From: Bacteroidia bacterium
GTDB taxonomy: Bacteria > Bacteroidota > Bacteroidia > M30B66
DNA: 64,000 nt
Assembly: GCA_018401705.1 (NCBI GenBank)
Contig: JAGYKL010000008.1
Coordinates: 11,688 to 75,687, forward strand
Reading direction: 5' to 3'
Shown here one piece after another: positions 49,427 to 58,655 of the stretch. The position numbers and the translations under genes are program-made. The notes below the pieces were generated by a model. It was not told the origin of the DNA. It saw only the letters and a program-made list of their open reading frames with translations, and did no database searches. Numbering within the stretch: position 1 is the stretch's first letter; each line of letters opens with the position of its first letter.

Positions 49427-49888
49427 ATGGAAATCTTGATAAACAGCCTCATTGTGTTAGCTACATTTTTCTTCATGGAATTTATGGCTTGGGCAACTCA
49501 CAAATATGTAATGCATGGGTTCTTATGGACTTTGCATAAAGATCATCATGAACCTCACGACCATGTTTTTGAGCGAAATGACTCGTTTTTCCTCATTTTC
49601 GCAATACCAAGTTGGCTTTGCATTATGTTTGGAATGATGAATGGAAATGATTTCAGACTGTATATTGGAATTGGAATTGCGATTTACGGATTAGCCTATT
49701 TCTTAGTACATGATGTATTTATTCACCAGAGAATCAAGTGGTTTAGAAGAAGCGACAATACATACTTGAGGGCTATCAGAAAAGCACATAAGGTTCATCA
49801 TAAAACAACGGGTAAACAGCACTGCGAATCGTTCGGAATGCTTGTAGTAGCAAGAAAATTCTTTAAGGAACAAAAACGTGTTGCCTGA
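49427..49888 (+). CDS. crtZ: Beta-carotene hydroxylase
   Basis: HKDHHEPHD, HDVFIHQR and HKVHH histidine boxes at 153 aa. Confidence 0.8.
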   Translation: MEILINSLIVLATFFFMEFMAWATHKYVMHGFLWTLHKDHHEPHDHVFERNDSFFLIFAIPSWLCIMFGMMNGNDFRLYIGIGIAIYGLAYFLVHDVFIHQRIKWFRRSDNTYLRAIRKAHKVHHKTTGKQHCESFGMLVVARKFFKEQKRVA

Positions 49889-50591
49889 TAAATATCTCTA
49901 TTTAGTTTTAATGCTTGGGAGCCTTGCATATCCTTTTGCTCAAAGTTTTGAGCGGAGAATTACCCTATATAGAAAGTGGAAACACATGTTTCCCGCAATG
50001 CTTATTACTGCTGGCTTTTTTCTTATCTGGGATGAATTCTTTACTCAAATTGGAGTTTGGAGTTTTAGCGAAACTTATACATTAGGAATTTATTTTGGCA
50101 GCTTGCCTTTGGAAGAATGGATGTTTTTTCTAATCGTTCCATACTGTTGTTTCTTTGTTTATTTTGTTGCTAATCATTTCATTAAGAAAGATATTTTCAG
50201 AACCACTTATCGTGGGATAGCGATTTCTTTAAGCATCTTACTAATTGTTTCTGCAATAATTTTTCATGACCGCTGGTATACTGCAACTACCTGTTTATTA
50301 CCTGCCTTGCTTTTATTGTATCTTGTTTTTATAGCTAAAGCAAAATACTTAGGTAAATTTTTTACCGGATATATTTTCAGCCTCATCCCATTTATATTGG
50401 TAAATGGAGTACTTACATTAAAACCAGTTGTAATCTACAACAACCTAGAAAATAGCGGTTTAAGACTTAGCATTCCAGCAATATCAAACATTCCTGTCGA
50501 AGATTTTGCTTATTGTCTGCTTCTTCTGCTTATGAATGTGAGTTTATACGAAATGTTTGCGGCAAGGAATAAGAGAGACATTCCGTTTTGA
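49878..50591 (+). CDS. Lycopene cyclase domain protein (fused CrtYcd-type)
   Basis: Two ~100-aa membrane halves typical of heterodimeric-type lycopene cyclase. Overlaps crtZ stop. Confidence 0.65.
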   Translation: MLPDKYLYLVLMLGSLAYPFAQSFERRITLYRKWKHMFPAMLITAGFFLIWDEFFTQIGVWSFSETYTLGIYFGSLPLEEWMFFLIVPYCCFFVYFVANHFIKKDIFRTTYRGIAISLSILLIVSAIIFHDRWYTATTCLLPALLLLYLVFIAKAKYLGKFFTGYIFSLIPFILVNGVLTLKPVVIYNNLENSGLRLSIPAISNIPVEDFAYCLLLLLMNVSLYEMFAARNKRDIPF

Positions 50592-50642
50592 TGATATCGA
50601 TGTAAAATAATGTATTTTTGAAATCTACAATTTCAATCATAC

Positions 50643-51212
50643 ATGAGAATTGCTCCATACTTGTTTTCCTTCATTCTAATTACAGGAATTTTTTCGTCTT
50701 GCAGAAATCTTGATGAATTAGTAAGTTTTAACCTTGAGACTAATGATAGTATCCGCTGGATTGGTATTCCAGATACAGTGCTCATCGATACCTTCCTGAA
50801 CAATGAAGGTTTTATAATTACATCTGAAGATTTCTCCTTTAGCGATTATCCTAAATTCAACACCAACAAAACTACTCCTGGTCAAGTTGAAGACGTACAA
50901 GCTTTCAATTTTAGCATCTCACTAGATGATGATTCTGTGACAAGTTTTGCATTTTGTCGCGATTTGAAAATCACTTTGAATTCTCCAACGAATGCATTTC
51001 CTGATATTGACATTTACGAAAACCCTCTTCCTCTGCCAACTGAATCTTCTTTTACGGCTGAAATTATGGGAACTAGTAGTGATTTCTTAGCTGCTATTCA
51101 AAAAGACAAGTACCGCTTCAAAACTCAATTTATTTTGCAATCTGAAGTACCTGATACTATTAAGATGAATTATTCTATGAGTTTCAGATTAAAAGCTCAC
51201 CCTAACGATTGA
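50643..51212 (+). CDS. Hypothetical lipoprotein
   Basis: Signal peptide with lipobox ...GIFSSC. Confidence 0.45.
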   Translation: MRIAPYLFSFILITGIFSSCRNLDELVSFNLETNDSIRWIGIPDTVLIDTFLNNEGFIITSEDFSFSDYPKFNTNKTTPGQVEDVQAFNFSISLDDDSVTSFAFCRDLKITLNSPTNAFPDIDIYENPLPLPTESSFTAEIMGTSSDFLAAIQKDKYRFKTQFILQSEVPDTIKMNYSMSFRLKAHPND

Positions 51213-51235
51213 TAAGACTCATCTTTCGATAAATC

Positions 51236-52186
51236 ATGTCTGATTCAACACCTCGCGTTTCGGTAGTTGTTCCATGCTTCAATTATGGTCATCTATTGGC
51301 CGAAACCCTCACTGACTTGCAGTCACAAAGTTTCCAAAACTGGGAATGCATTATTGTAGATGATGGCTCAACAGATAATACAGCAGAAGTAGCAATTGAC
51401 TTTTCGAATAAAGATTCCCGGTTTAAATACTATTATCAAAAAAATGCCGGATTGTCGGCTGCAAGAAACACAGGAATCAAGAATGCAGAAGGAGAATTCA
51501 TTCAACTACTGGATGCCGACGACTTATTAGCAAAAGACAAATTCAAAATTCAATTAGCAATTTTTGCGGAATTTGATTCAATAGATATTGTCTATTCTGA
51601 GGTAAGATATTTTTATTCCGAAACACCTCAGCTTTTAAGGTATTCTATGGAAGGAGAAGATAAGCCTTGGATGTTAGGTGTGGATTCTTCTAATCAGATT
51701 GAGCTAAAAGAATTATTAATTAGACGAAATCTTGGAGCTGTTAATAGCCCACTCACAAGAAAAACTGTTTTTGACAGAGTAGGTTTATTTAACACCAACC
51801 TTAAATCTGTTGAAGACTGGGAATTTTGGTTTAGATGTGCCTTTAAGAATATACAATTCAAATTTCATTCATCCGAAGGAGCTTTTGCACTAGTTAGGCT
51901 GCATAGCAATAGCATGAGCCGAAGTATAAAAGGCATGATGGAAGCTTCTACAATTGCTAGGTTAACTTTAGGCACTCTTATTACTCAGGAAGTTTCTAAT
52001 GTTATAAGGGAGCGCTGGCTGAAAATCAATAACAATGAGTTAGCTTATTTACATAAACAGCTCTTTGAATTGTACAAGCAAGAGAATCAAAAATCCAATG
52101 CTTCCAAGCACTTACTTGCATTTTCAAGAATAAAAAATGAATATAAATTTTTTGTAAAAGAGAGATTAAAACTGATTTTTTCATAA
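51236..52186 (+). CDS. Family 2 glycosyltransferase
   Basis: VVVPCFNYGHLL...IIVDDGSTDNT...DADD GT-A fold motifs. Confidence 0.85.
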   Translation: MSDSTPRVSVVVPCFNYGHLLAETLTDLQSQSFQNWECIIVDDGSTDNTAEVAIDFSNKDSRFKYYYQKNAGLSAARNTGIKNAEGEFIQLLDADDLLAKDKFKIQLAIFAEFDSIDIVYSEVRYFYSETPQLLRYSMEGEDKPWMLGVDSSNQIELKELLIRRNLGAVNSPLTRKTVFDRVGLFNTNLKSVEDWEFWFRCAFKNIQFKFHSSEGAFALVRLHSNSMSRSIKGMMEASTIARLTLGTLITQEVSNVIRERWLKINNNELAYLHKQLFELYKQENQKSNASKHLLAFSRIKNEYKFFVKERLKLIFS

Positions 52187-52284
52187 CAACCCTATACACC
52201 AGAATGTTGAAAACTTGTTAATCATTTTCAATTGTCGTAAAGTATAGCTAATTTGCACCCCCACCACCGTTTCTCAACTATAAC

Positions 52285-54948
52285 ATGAAACTACTATTTA
52301 ACACTTTTCTCTGTCTTGTATTCTCAAGCAGTCTTGTTTTGGCGCAAACATCCAAAACAATAAATAAAGATAAATCTGAAAGAAAGAAAGAAACACTTTC
52401 TTTAAGTAAATATGAAAATCTAAAAAGCCAAGGCAAGCTTAGCAGAGATATCGATTATACAGTAACATATCCGGAGAAGCCGATAGATTTGAGTTCGGCC
52501 AGAACATTGCCTCCTGCAACTACTTTCTCAAGTGCATCTGGAGTTCTGGTTTCACCTCCATGTTCTTATGTTCCAACTGATGATTTTTTAACTCCATTCG
52601 GAGGGGATGTATTTTTTGATGATAGCCCACCAAACGGACCATTTGAAGTACAGATTCCTTTTGAATTCTGTTTTTATGGAGAAACCTATACTAGTTTCTT
52701 TATCAACAATAATGGAAACATAACATTTGAAAATTCATTCAATACATTTACTGCTCAATCATTTCCAGCTGCTGGAATTCCTCCAATGATTGCCCCATTC
52801 TGGGGGGATGTTGATACAGGTTCGGATATTAATCCTCTAGGTCAAGTTAGGTATAATGTTTATAGCGATTATGCCATTGTTTCTTGGGATACTGTTGCTG
52901 TATTCCCAGAAAATGGGGCTTTAAGAAATACTTTTCAAGTTATAATAAGCGACGGTGTGAGTACTGTTTGCCCTCCCGGGAACAATATAATTTTCATTTA
53001 CGGAGATATGCAATGGACCACAGGAACTGCTTCTGGAGGAGCGGGTGGTTTCGGAGGAACTCCTGCAACAGTGGGAGTTAACCGTGGAGATGGAGCCGAT
53101 TATATTCAGCTTGGACTTTTTGATGCTCCAGGAACCAATTACGATGGACCGTTTGGCACAGTTGACCAGGTAAGCTTTCTAGATGACAACGTGTTCTTTT
53201 TCAACACATGTTTACAACCTGGAGCAGAAAATAATATTGCACCACTTTCTATTGGAGCTCCAATATGTGATACAATTACAGTTTGTGTAGGTTCAACTTT
53301 TGACCTGGATTTTAACTTTATTCCTGTTGAGCCTGATCAAACTGTTGATGCAGTTTTACAAACTACTGGCATCTCAGGTTTGGTAATTGACGCAATTACA
53401 CCTGGAACTCAGTGTAACGTTGTTGGTTCTTTTACTGGTACCGTAGATAATATTGGTTACAATACGGTTCTTTTCGAAGCAACAGATAATGGAACCCCTG
53501 CTGCAAACTACATCATGGCCTTAACCTTTCAGGTTATTGAGTCTGGATTTGTGCCAGAAATTCTTGGAGTAACCAGCATTTGTGCTGGAGAACCAACCAC
53601 ACTTTCTGTTGGAGGAGGTCAATACGATGAATACGGTTGGTCGCCAAATGGAGAAGCTAGCCCTACAATTGAAGTAACTGAACCCGGAGAATATCAGGTA
53701 ACCGTAATTATCGATGGCTGCCTTGGCACATCAGATCCAATTACTGTTACAGAACAAGAAGTCCCTGTTCCAGTAATTACAGGTGATGATGGTGTATGTG
53801 GAGATAATCTTGCTCAAATTTATACTACTGAAGAATTTAATTCATATCAGTGGAGTAATTTCAACAATACCGACACTGCATCTGTGGGGCCGGGAACATA
53901 TATTGTCACGGTTACAAATGAATTTGGATGTGCGGGAACCTCTGAGCCATTTACTGTAGATGCTTTCGCAACGATTGTACCTGTAATCAATGGAAATGAC
54001 CATGTTTGCTTCGAGCAGCTCAATGTTCTTTCTACCGAAGATTCTTATGCTACATATCTATGGTCAACAAGTGCAACAGATTCAACTGTAGAAGTTGGAG
54101 CAGGAACTTACACTGTTTTCGTTGAAGATGAGTTCGGTTGCAACGGAACATCTGAGCCTTTTACAATTGCTCAATCAACACCTCTAGCAGAAGTAAATGA
54201 TATTATTCCATTTTGCCTTGGAGATACAATTATTATTTCTGGAGCAGGCAACTATGCTTCTTACGAATGGCTTGATGTAAATAACGAAACAATTGGAACG
54301 GAACAAACATTGGCATGGACAGGAGATACTTTAACTCTGGTTGTAACAGATGAATTTGGCTGCATTAGTTCAGTTGAATTTGAAATCCCTGCTACTGCGC
54401 TTCCTGTAGCAGCATTCTCTGCTAACCCGGCTACTCCAGTTGTGCTTTTGCCAGATGCATTGATTCAATATAATGACGTTTCTAGTTCAACAGAGGGAGA
54501 CCCTGTTAATTTCTGGTACTATCTAATTGAACCCGCTGATGGAAGTTGGACTGAAAATGATGACACATTTGAATCAATTGAACAAAATCCTTTGATTCAA
54601 TACCCTGATACCGGACTTTATTTTATTACTCAAACGGTTATTTCAGAATTGGGCTGTGTTGATACTGTAAAGACATCCCTTTATGTAATTGATAATCCTT
54701 TTGTACCTAATGTATTCTCACCAAATGGAGATGGATTTAACGATTTCTTGAAAATTCCTTTCCTCAATGGATATCCAAGTAATGAGGTGCTTATATTCAA
54801 TCGTTGGGGCAAAAAAGTTTATGAATCAAAAGACTACAATAATGACTGGGATGGAGAAAATTTACCATCAGGTACTTATTTCTATGTAGTTTCAGCCCCA
54901 ACTTTAAGTCAAACATTAAAGGGTTCAATAACATTAATTAGAGATTAA
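52285..54948 (+). CDS. Large secreted protein with T9SS type-B C-terminal domain (gliding motility-associated CTD)
   Basis: Signal peptide. C-terminal NVFSPNGDGFNDFLKIP...LIFNRWGKKVYES...NDWDG...GTYFYV type-B CTD. Internal tandem repeats. Confidence 0.8.
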   Translation: MKLLFNTFLCLVFSSSLVLAQTSKTINKDKSERKKETLSLSKYENLKSQGKLSRDIDYTVTYPEKPIDLSSARTLPPATTFSSASGVLVSPPCSYVPTDDFLTPFGGDVFFDDSPPNGPFEVQIPFEFCFYGETYTSFFINNNGNITFENSFNTFTAQSFPAAGIPPMIAPFWGDVDTGSDINPLGQVRYNVYSDYAIVSWDTVAVFPENGALRNTFQVIISDGVSTVCPPGNNIIFIYGDMQWTTGTASGGAGGFGGTPATVGVNRGDGADYIQLGLFDAPGTNYDGPFGTVDQVSFLDDNVFFFNTCLQPGAENNIAPLSIGAPICDTITVCVGSTFDLDFNFIPVEPDQTVDAVLQTTGISGLVIDAITPGTQCNVVGSFTGTVDNIGYNTVLFEATDNGTPAANYIMALTFQVIESGFVPEILGVTSICAGEPTTLSVGGGQYDEYGWSPNGEASPTIEVTEPGEYQVTVIIDGCLGTSDPITVTEQEVPVPVITGDDGVCGDNLAQIYTTEEFNSYQWSNFNNTDTASVGPGTYIVTVTNEFGCAGTSEPFTVDAFATIVPVINGNDHVCFEQLNVLSTEDSYATYLWSTSATDSTVEVGAGTYTVFVEDEFGCNGTSEPFTIAQSTPLAEVNDIIPFCLGDTIIISGAGNYASYEWLDVNNETIGTEQTLAWTGDTLTLVVTDEFGCISSVEFEIPATALPVAAFSANPATPVVLLPDALIQYNDVSSSTEGDPVNFWYYLIEPADGSWTENDDTFESIEQNPLIQYPDTGLYFITQTVISELGCVDTVKTSLYVIDNPFVPNVFSPNGDGFNDFLKIPFLNGYPSNEVLIFNRWGKKVYESKDYNNDWDGENLPSGTYFYVVSAPTLSQTLKGSITLIRD
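53554..54405 (+). repeat. Four tandem ~70-aa Cys-containing beta-repeats within the T9SS cargo protein
   Basis: Each unit reads ...C.G......Y..Y.W......T.EV...GTY.V.V..EFGC.GTSEPFT... at aa ~424-707. Confidence 0.5.
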
Positions 54949-54971
54949 TTTTTTCTTCGAAAAAGAATAAA

Positions 54972-55010
54972 AAGGCGGAATAGCTAAACAGCTTTCCGCC
55001 TTTTACGTTT
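54972..55010 (+). terminator. Rho-independent terminator after T9SS cargo gene
   Basis: AAGGCGGAA-13 nt-TTCCGCCTT stem followed by TTTTACGTTT. Confidence 0.6.
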
Positions 55011-55016
55011 ATCGTG

Positions 55017-55024
55017 TACTTTTG
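55017..55024 (+). promoter_or_regulatory. Putative -7 box TACTTTTG upstream of metF
   Basis: TAnnTTTG, 18 bp before the GTG start at 55042. Confidence 0.3.
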
Positions 55025-55041
55025 ACACTCAAATTGAAAAA

Positions 55042-55995
55042 GTGAAAGTTACAGATCATATACAACAAGCAAAAGGAACACTCTTCTCATTTGAAGTACT
55101 TCCTTCCCTTAAGGGAAAAGACATTCAGGATTTATACAATGGTATTGAGCCACTTCTTGAGTTTAACCCCAGCTTTATTAATGTTACCTATCATAGAGAG
55201 GAATTCATTTATAAAAAGTTAAGCAACGGGCTACACGAAAAAATTTACACCCGCAAACGCCCTGGAACAGTTAGCATTTGTGCGGCCATAAAATATAAAT
55301 ACGGAATAGACACTGTTCCCCACCTTATTTGCGGTGGATTTACTAAGGAAGATACAGAACTTGCCTTATTAGATATGCATTATTTGGGCATGGACAATGT
55401 TCTTGCTCTTAGAGGAGATCCTGTAAAAGGCGAAACTCATTTTTCACCTGAAAAATCGGGGCATGCCAATGCTTCAACCATGGTTCAACAGATTACAGGT
55501 ATGAATAATGGGAATTACCTGGATGATGATATCGTTGAAGGAATCCCAACCGACTTTTGTATTGGAGTTGCAGGTTATCCTGAAAAACACTTTGAAGCAC
55601 AAAATCTAAAAACAGACTTAAAATACCTTAAAGAAAAGGTAGATGCTGGAGCGCATTATATTGTTACTCAAATGTTTTTCGACAATAAGAAGTTCTTCGC
55701 CTTTGTTGATGCTTGTCGTAAGGCTGGTATTAAGGTCCCAATTATTCCAGGACTTAAACCTATCACAACATTGAAGCACATCTCATTCTTGCCCAAGACA
55801 TTTCATATTGATATGCCTGAAGCCCTAGCCGATGATCTTGAAAAATGCAAAAACAACGATCAAGTTAAGGAAGTTGGGATTGAATGGGGGATTCAGCAAA
55901 CAAAAGAGTTAATTGCAGCCGGTGTTCCATGCATTCATTTTTACACAATGGGAAAATCAGACGCCGTTAAAAGAATTGTGAGCAATTCTTATTAA
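55042..55995 (+). CDS. metF: Methylenetetrahydrofolate reductase. GTG start.
   Basis: TLFSFEVLPSLKG N-terminal motif. TIM barrel at 317 aa. Confidence 0.85.
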   Translation: MKVTDHIQQAKGTLFSFEVLPSLKGKDIQDLYNGIEPLLEFNPSFINVTYHREEFIYKKLSNGLHEKIYTRKRPGTVSICAAIKYKYGIDTVPHLICGGFTKEDTELALLDMHYLGMDNVLALRGDPVKGETHFSPEKSGHANASTMVQQITGMNNGNYLDDDIVEGIPTDFCIGVAGYPEKHFEAQNLKTDLKYLKEKVDAGAHYIVTQMFFDNKKFFAFVDACRKAGIKVPIIPGLKPITTLKHISFLPKTFHIDMPEALADDLEKCKNNDQVKEVGIEWGIQQTKELIAAGVPCIHFYTMGKSDAVKRIVSNSY

Positions 55996-57500
55996 GGCTT
56001 AATTTGAAGCAAAGAAGACTTTCCTTCAAACTCTGATATAAGAAAGACTTTTCCTTCTTTAGAATAGTAAGCCGAATAAGGAAGAATGGGCAAGTCTTTC
56101 GAAGAAGAAGATTTCTCACTATCTAGTTGGCCATTGCTGTTTACACTTTCAATAACTACTTCTGTGGTTCGAAAGTCAGACAATGCCTTTGTCTTTTCCT
56201 TTTGTGAAGTTGATGAACTTCGGTTATTGATTAAAATCACATCAGATTTTATCCCCGGCACAGCCACTGTGCCGAGATATTTCCCTCCATCGTCAATCGA
56301 CTTCTGACTATTGGCCACAATTCTAAACCAATCTACTTTACCTTGTTCGTTCAGGTTAATCAATAAAAGATTGCCTGCTGTGTAAACATTATTACAGGTA
56401 AGTAATCCATTCCTATAATCGGTCTCACAAACCTCCTCTTCACCAAAAACTTCCGCAATAAAATAAGCTCCGTTTTTGCCTGAAGAATATATCGACCTTG
56501 ATTTAAAATCTTCGAATGCTCCCCTCTCAACAATGCTTTCCTCTCCAGCCGACAAACCACTCAAATCTGTATCAAACCTGCTTAGACCTTTAGCTTCAAC
56601 CGAACCCGATTCTCTATCAATTCTCAAAAAGAATACACCACTATTCTTTCCTTTTTGCTCAAAATTCTCTTGAAACAATCCACTAACCAAAAGCTGATCA
56701 TTCACATTTATCGACATCCTAACGCTATTAATCTGCTTTCCTGGAATATCCAGTTTGTATTCGATGAGCTCATTGCCAAATACGGGAAATGCAAAAATCG
56801 AAAACACATCTTCATCCTCGTTTTGTCCCTTTAGCAATAGATGCAAATTTCCTGCATCGTCTGTAATTTCTTGTTCAATTGCGACTCCATCGCCCGGAAA
56901 GGGCAAAACAGCATTCATCTCGCTTGTAACCTCAAACAAACTGTCATACCGAATTAAGTGAATATCAGTTTCGCCCTTACGTAAGCCATTTTGAAAATGA
57001 ATGACCGATAAATACTTAGCTCTTTTTGATACTGAAGTGGAGAAATGCTTTTTGTTAAATGTAAAATCTGTCGACTTGCTCTCCATAAGCACTTGGCTTT
57101 GACCAACTTTGTTATCCTCACCTACAACTCGATATTTAAGTGCATAAGCCTTCTTTTCTTTCAAATACTCAGAACTGAACACGCAAAGCGAGTCATTCCA
57201 AATATGAATAGCTTCAGGGTAATCTGTTTGCTTATTGCTAAAAAGCTCCTCCAGCAGAACAGTGCTTTCTAGAGAAAGACTTTGTTTATTGAACTTTTCT
57301 AAAACAACCTTGTCAATTAGTCCTGTCTTTGAATCAGCACTAGCCCTAACTGCAACAATATGTTTATCAGTTTCTCCTGGTATTGACTGAATCTGAAAGT
57401 CTTTGTCGTATGAATAAACTTCTCCAAAAGACAAGCTTTGTGCGTTTGCAGAGAATAGTCCTGACATACTAAATGTTAATATGAAAACGAGTGCTCTCAT
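55992..57500 (-). CDS. Hypothetical secreted protein (502 aa, no recognised domain)
   Basis: Signal peptide MRALVFILTFSMSGLFSANAQ. ATGA overlap with upstream rlmN stop. 3' ends overlap metF by 4 bp. Confidence 0.5.
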   Translation of the reverse strand: MRALVFILTFSMSGLFSANAQSLSFGEVYSYDKDFQIQSIPGETDKHIVAVRASADSKTGLIDKVVLEKFNKQSLSLESTVLLEELFSNKQTDYPEAIHIWNDSLCVFSSEYLKEKKAYALKYRVVGEDNKVGQSQVLMESKSTDFTFNKKHFSTSVSKRAKYLSVIHFQNGLRKGETDIHLIRYDSLFEVTSEMNAVLPFPGDGVAIEQEITDDAGNLHLLLKGQNEDEDVFSIFAFPVFGNELIEYKLDIPGKQINSVRMSINVNDQLLVSGLFQENFEQKGKNSGVFFLRIDRESGSVEAKGLSRFDTDLSGLSAGEESIVERGAFEDFKSRSIYSSGKNGAYFIAEVFGEEEVCETDYRNGLLTCNNVYTAGNLLLINLNEQGKVDWFRIVANSQKSIDDGGKYLGTVAVPGIKSDVILINNRSSSTSQKEKTKALSDFRTTEVVIESVNSNGQLDSEKSSSSKDLPILPYSAYYSKEGKVFLISEFEGKSSLLQIKP

Positions 57501-58573
57501 GCACTAACTTTCTTCATGACTTCGCCAACTGCCTCGTTTTTATTTGCCAGCTGACCGCAAGCTGCATCAATATCTCTCCCACGGCTTCTCCTAACATTTA
57601 CAATTATGCCCTTACTATCTAAATAAGATGTAAACCTATTAAGTTTATCATCTGTAGCCTTCTGGAATTCGCCAGCATCAATAGGATTATATTCTATCAC
57701 ATTTACTTTTGTAGGAACCTTCCTCACAAATGCCTCAAGCTCTTTCGCATCTTCTATTCCATCATTAAAATCCTTGAAAAGAATATATTCTAATGTAGGG
57801 CGCGTTCCAGTTTTTTCGTAGAAATACTTTAGTGCATCAGCAAGTGCATCCAAGGAATTACTTTCGTTGATTGGCATAATCTTACTTCGCTTCTCTTCAT
57901 TAGCTGCGTGTAACGAAAGAGCCAGATTAAACTTCACCTCATCATCACCTAACTGCCTTATCATCTTGGCAATTCCTGCAGTTGAAACAGTAATTCGCTG
58001 AGGCGACATTCCCAATCCATCAGGAGATGTAATTCTATCAATGCTTCTAAGAACATTCTTGTAATTGAGCAGAGGCTCACCCATTCCCATGTAAACAATA
58101 TTGCTCAAAGGAATTTGATAATTTTCTTCACTCATTCTCCTTATTGCAACAACCTGATCTACAATCTCACCGGCATCAAGATTTCGTAAAAGTTTCAATT
58201 TACCAGTAGCACAAAACTTACAAGTAAGCGAGCATCCTATCTGAGATGAAATACAGGCAGTCATGCGACTTGCCGTAGGAATAAGCACTCCCTCAACCAC
58301 CGAACCGTCATACAGCTTGAAAGCCGATTTAATAGTTCGGTCTGAGCTTTTCTGCATCTCGGCAACTTCAAGCCCCTGAAGAAAAAATGATTCACTCAGC
58401 GCTTGCCTCAAGTCTTTACTCAAATTTGTCATTACCTCAAATGAGGTTGCCGACTTTTGCCAAAGCCATTCAAACACTTGTTTAGCCCTGAATTTCGGAT
58501 GACCGTTCTTCAGAAACCATTCCTCCAGCTCCTTATAATTAAGAGAACGAATGTCGGGAAGGCTTTTTTTCAT
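57497..58573 (-). CDS. rlmN: 23S rRNA (adenine2503-C2)/tRNA methyltransferase RlmN (radical SAM)
   Basis: CSLTCKFCATG radical-SAM motif. Track start 58588 is a TTG. ATG at 58573 (MKKSLPD). Confidence 0.9.
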   Translation of the reverse strand: MKKSLPDIRSLNYKELEEWFLKNGHPKFRAKQVFEWLWQKSATSFEVMTNLSKDLRQALSESFFLQGLEVAEMQKSSDRTIKSAFKLYDGSVVEGVLIPTASRMTACISSQIGCSLTCKFCATGKLKLLRNLDAGEIVDQVVAIRRMSEENYQIPLSNIVYMGMGEPLLNYKNVLRSIDRITSPDGLGMSPQRITVSTAGIAKMIRQLGDDEVKFNLALSLHAANEEKRSKIMPINESNSLDALADALKYFYEKTGTRPTLEYILFKDFNDGIEDAKELEAFVRKVPTKVNVIEYNPIDAGEFQKATDDKLNRFTSYLDSKGIIVNVRRSRGRDIDAACGQLANKNEAVGEVMKKVSA

Positions 58574-58655
58574 CGCACAAAGATACAAATCAATGCAAGC
58601 TCTTTAGCTTGATATTCATGAACCTTTTAGCCTCAATTACACTTACTTTTGACAC

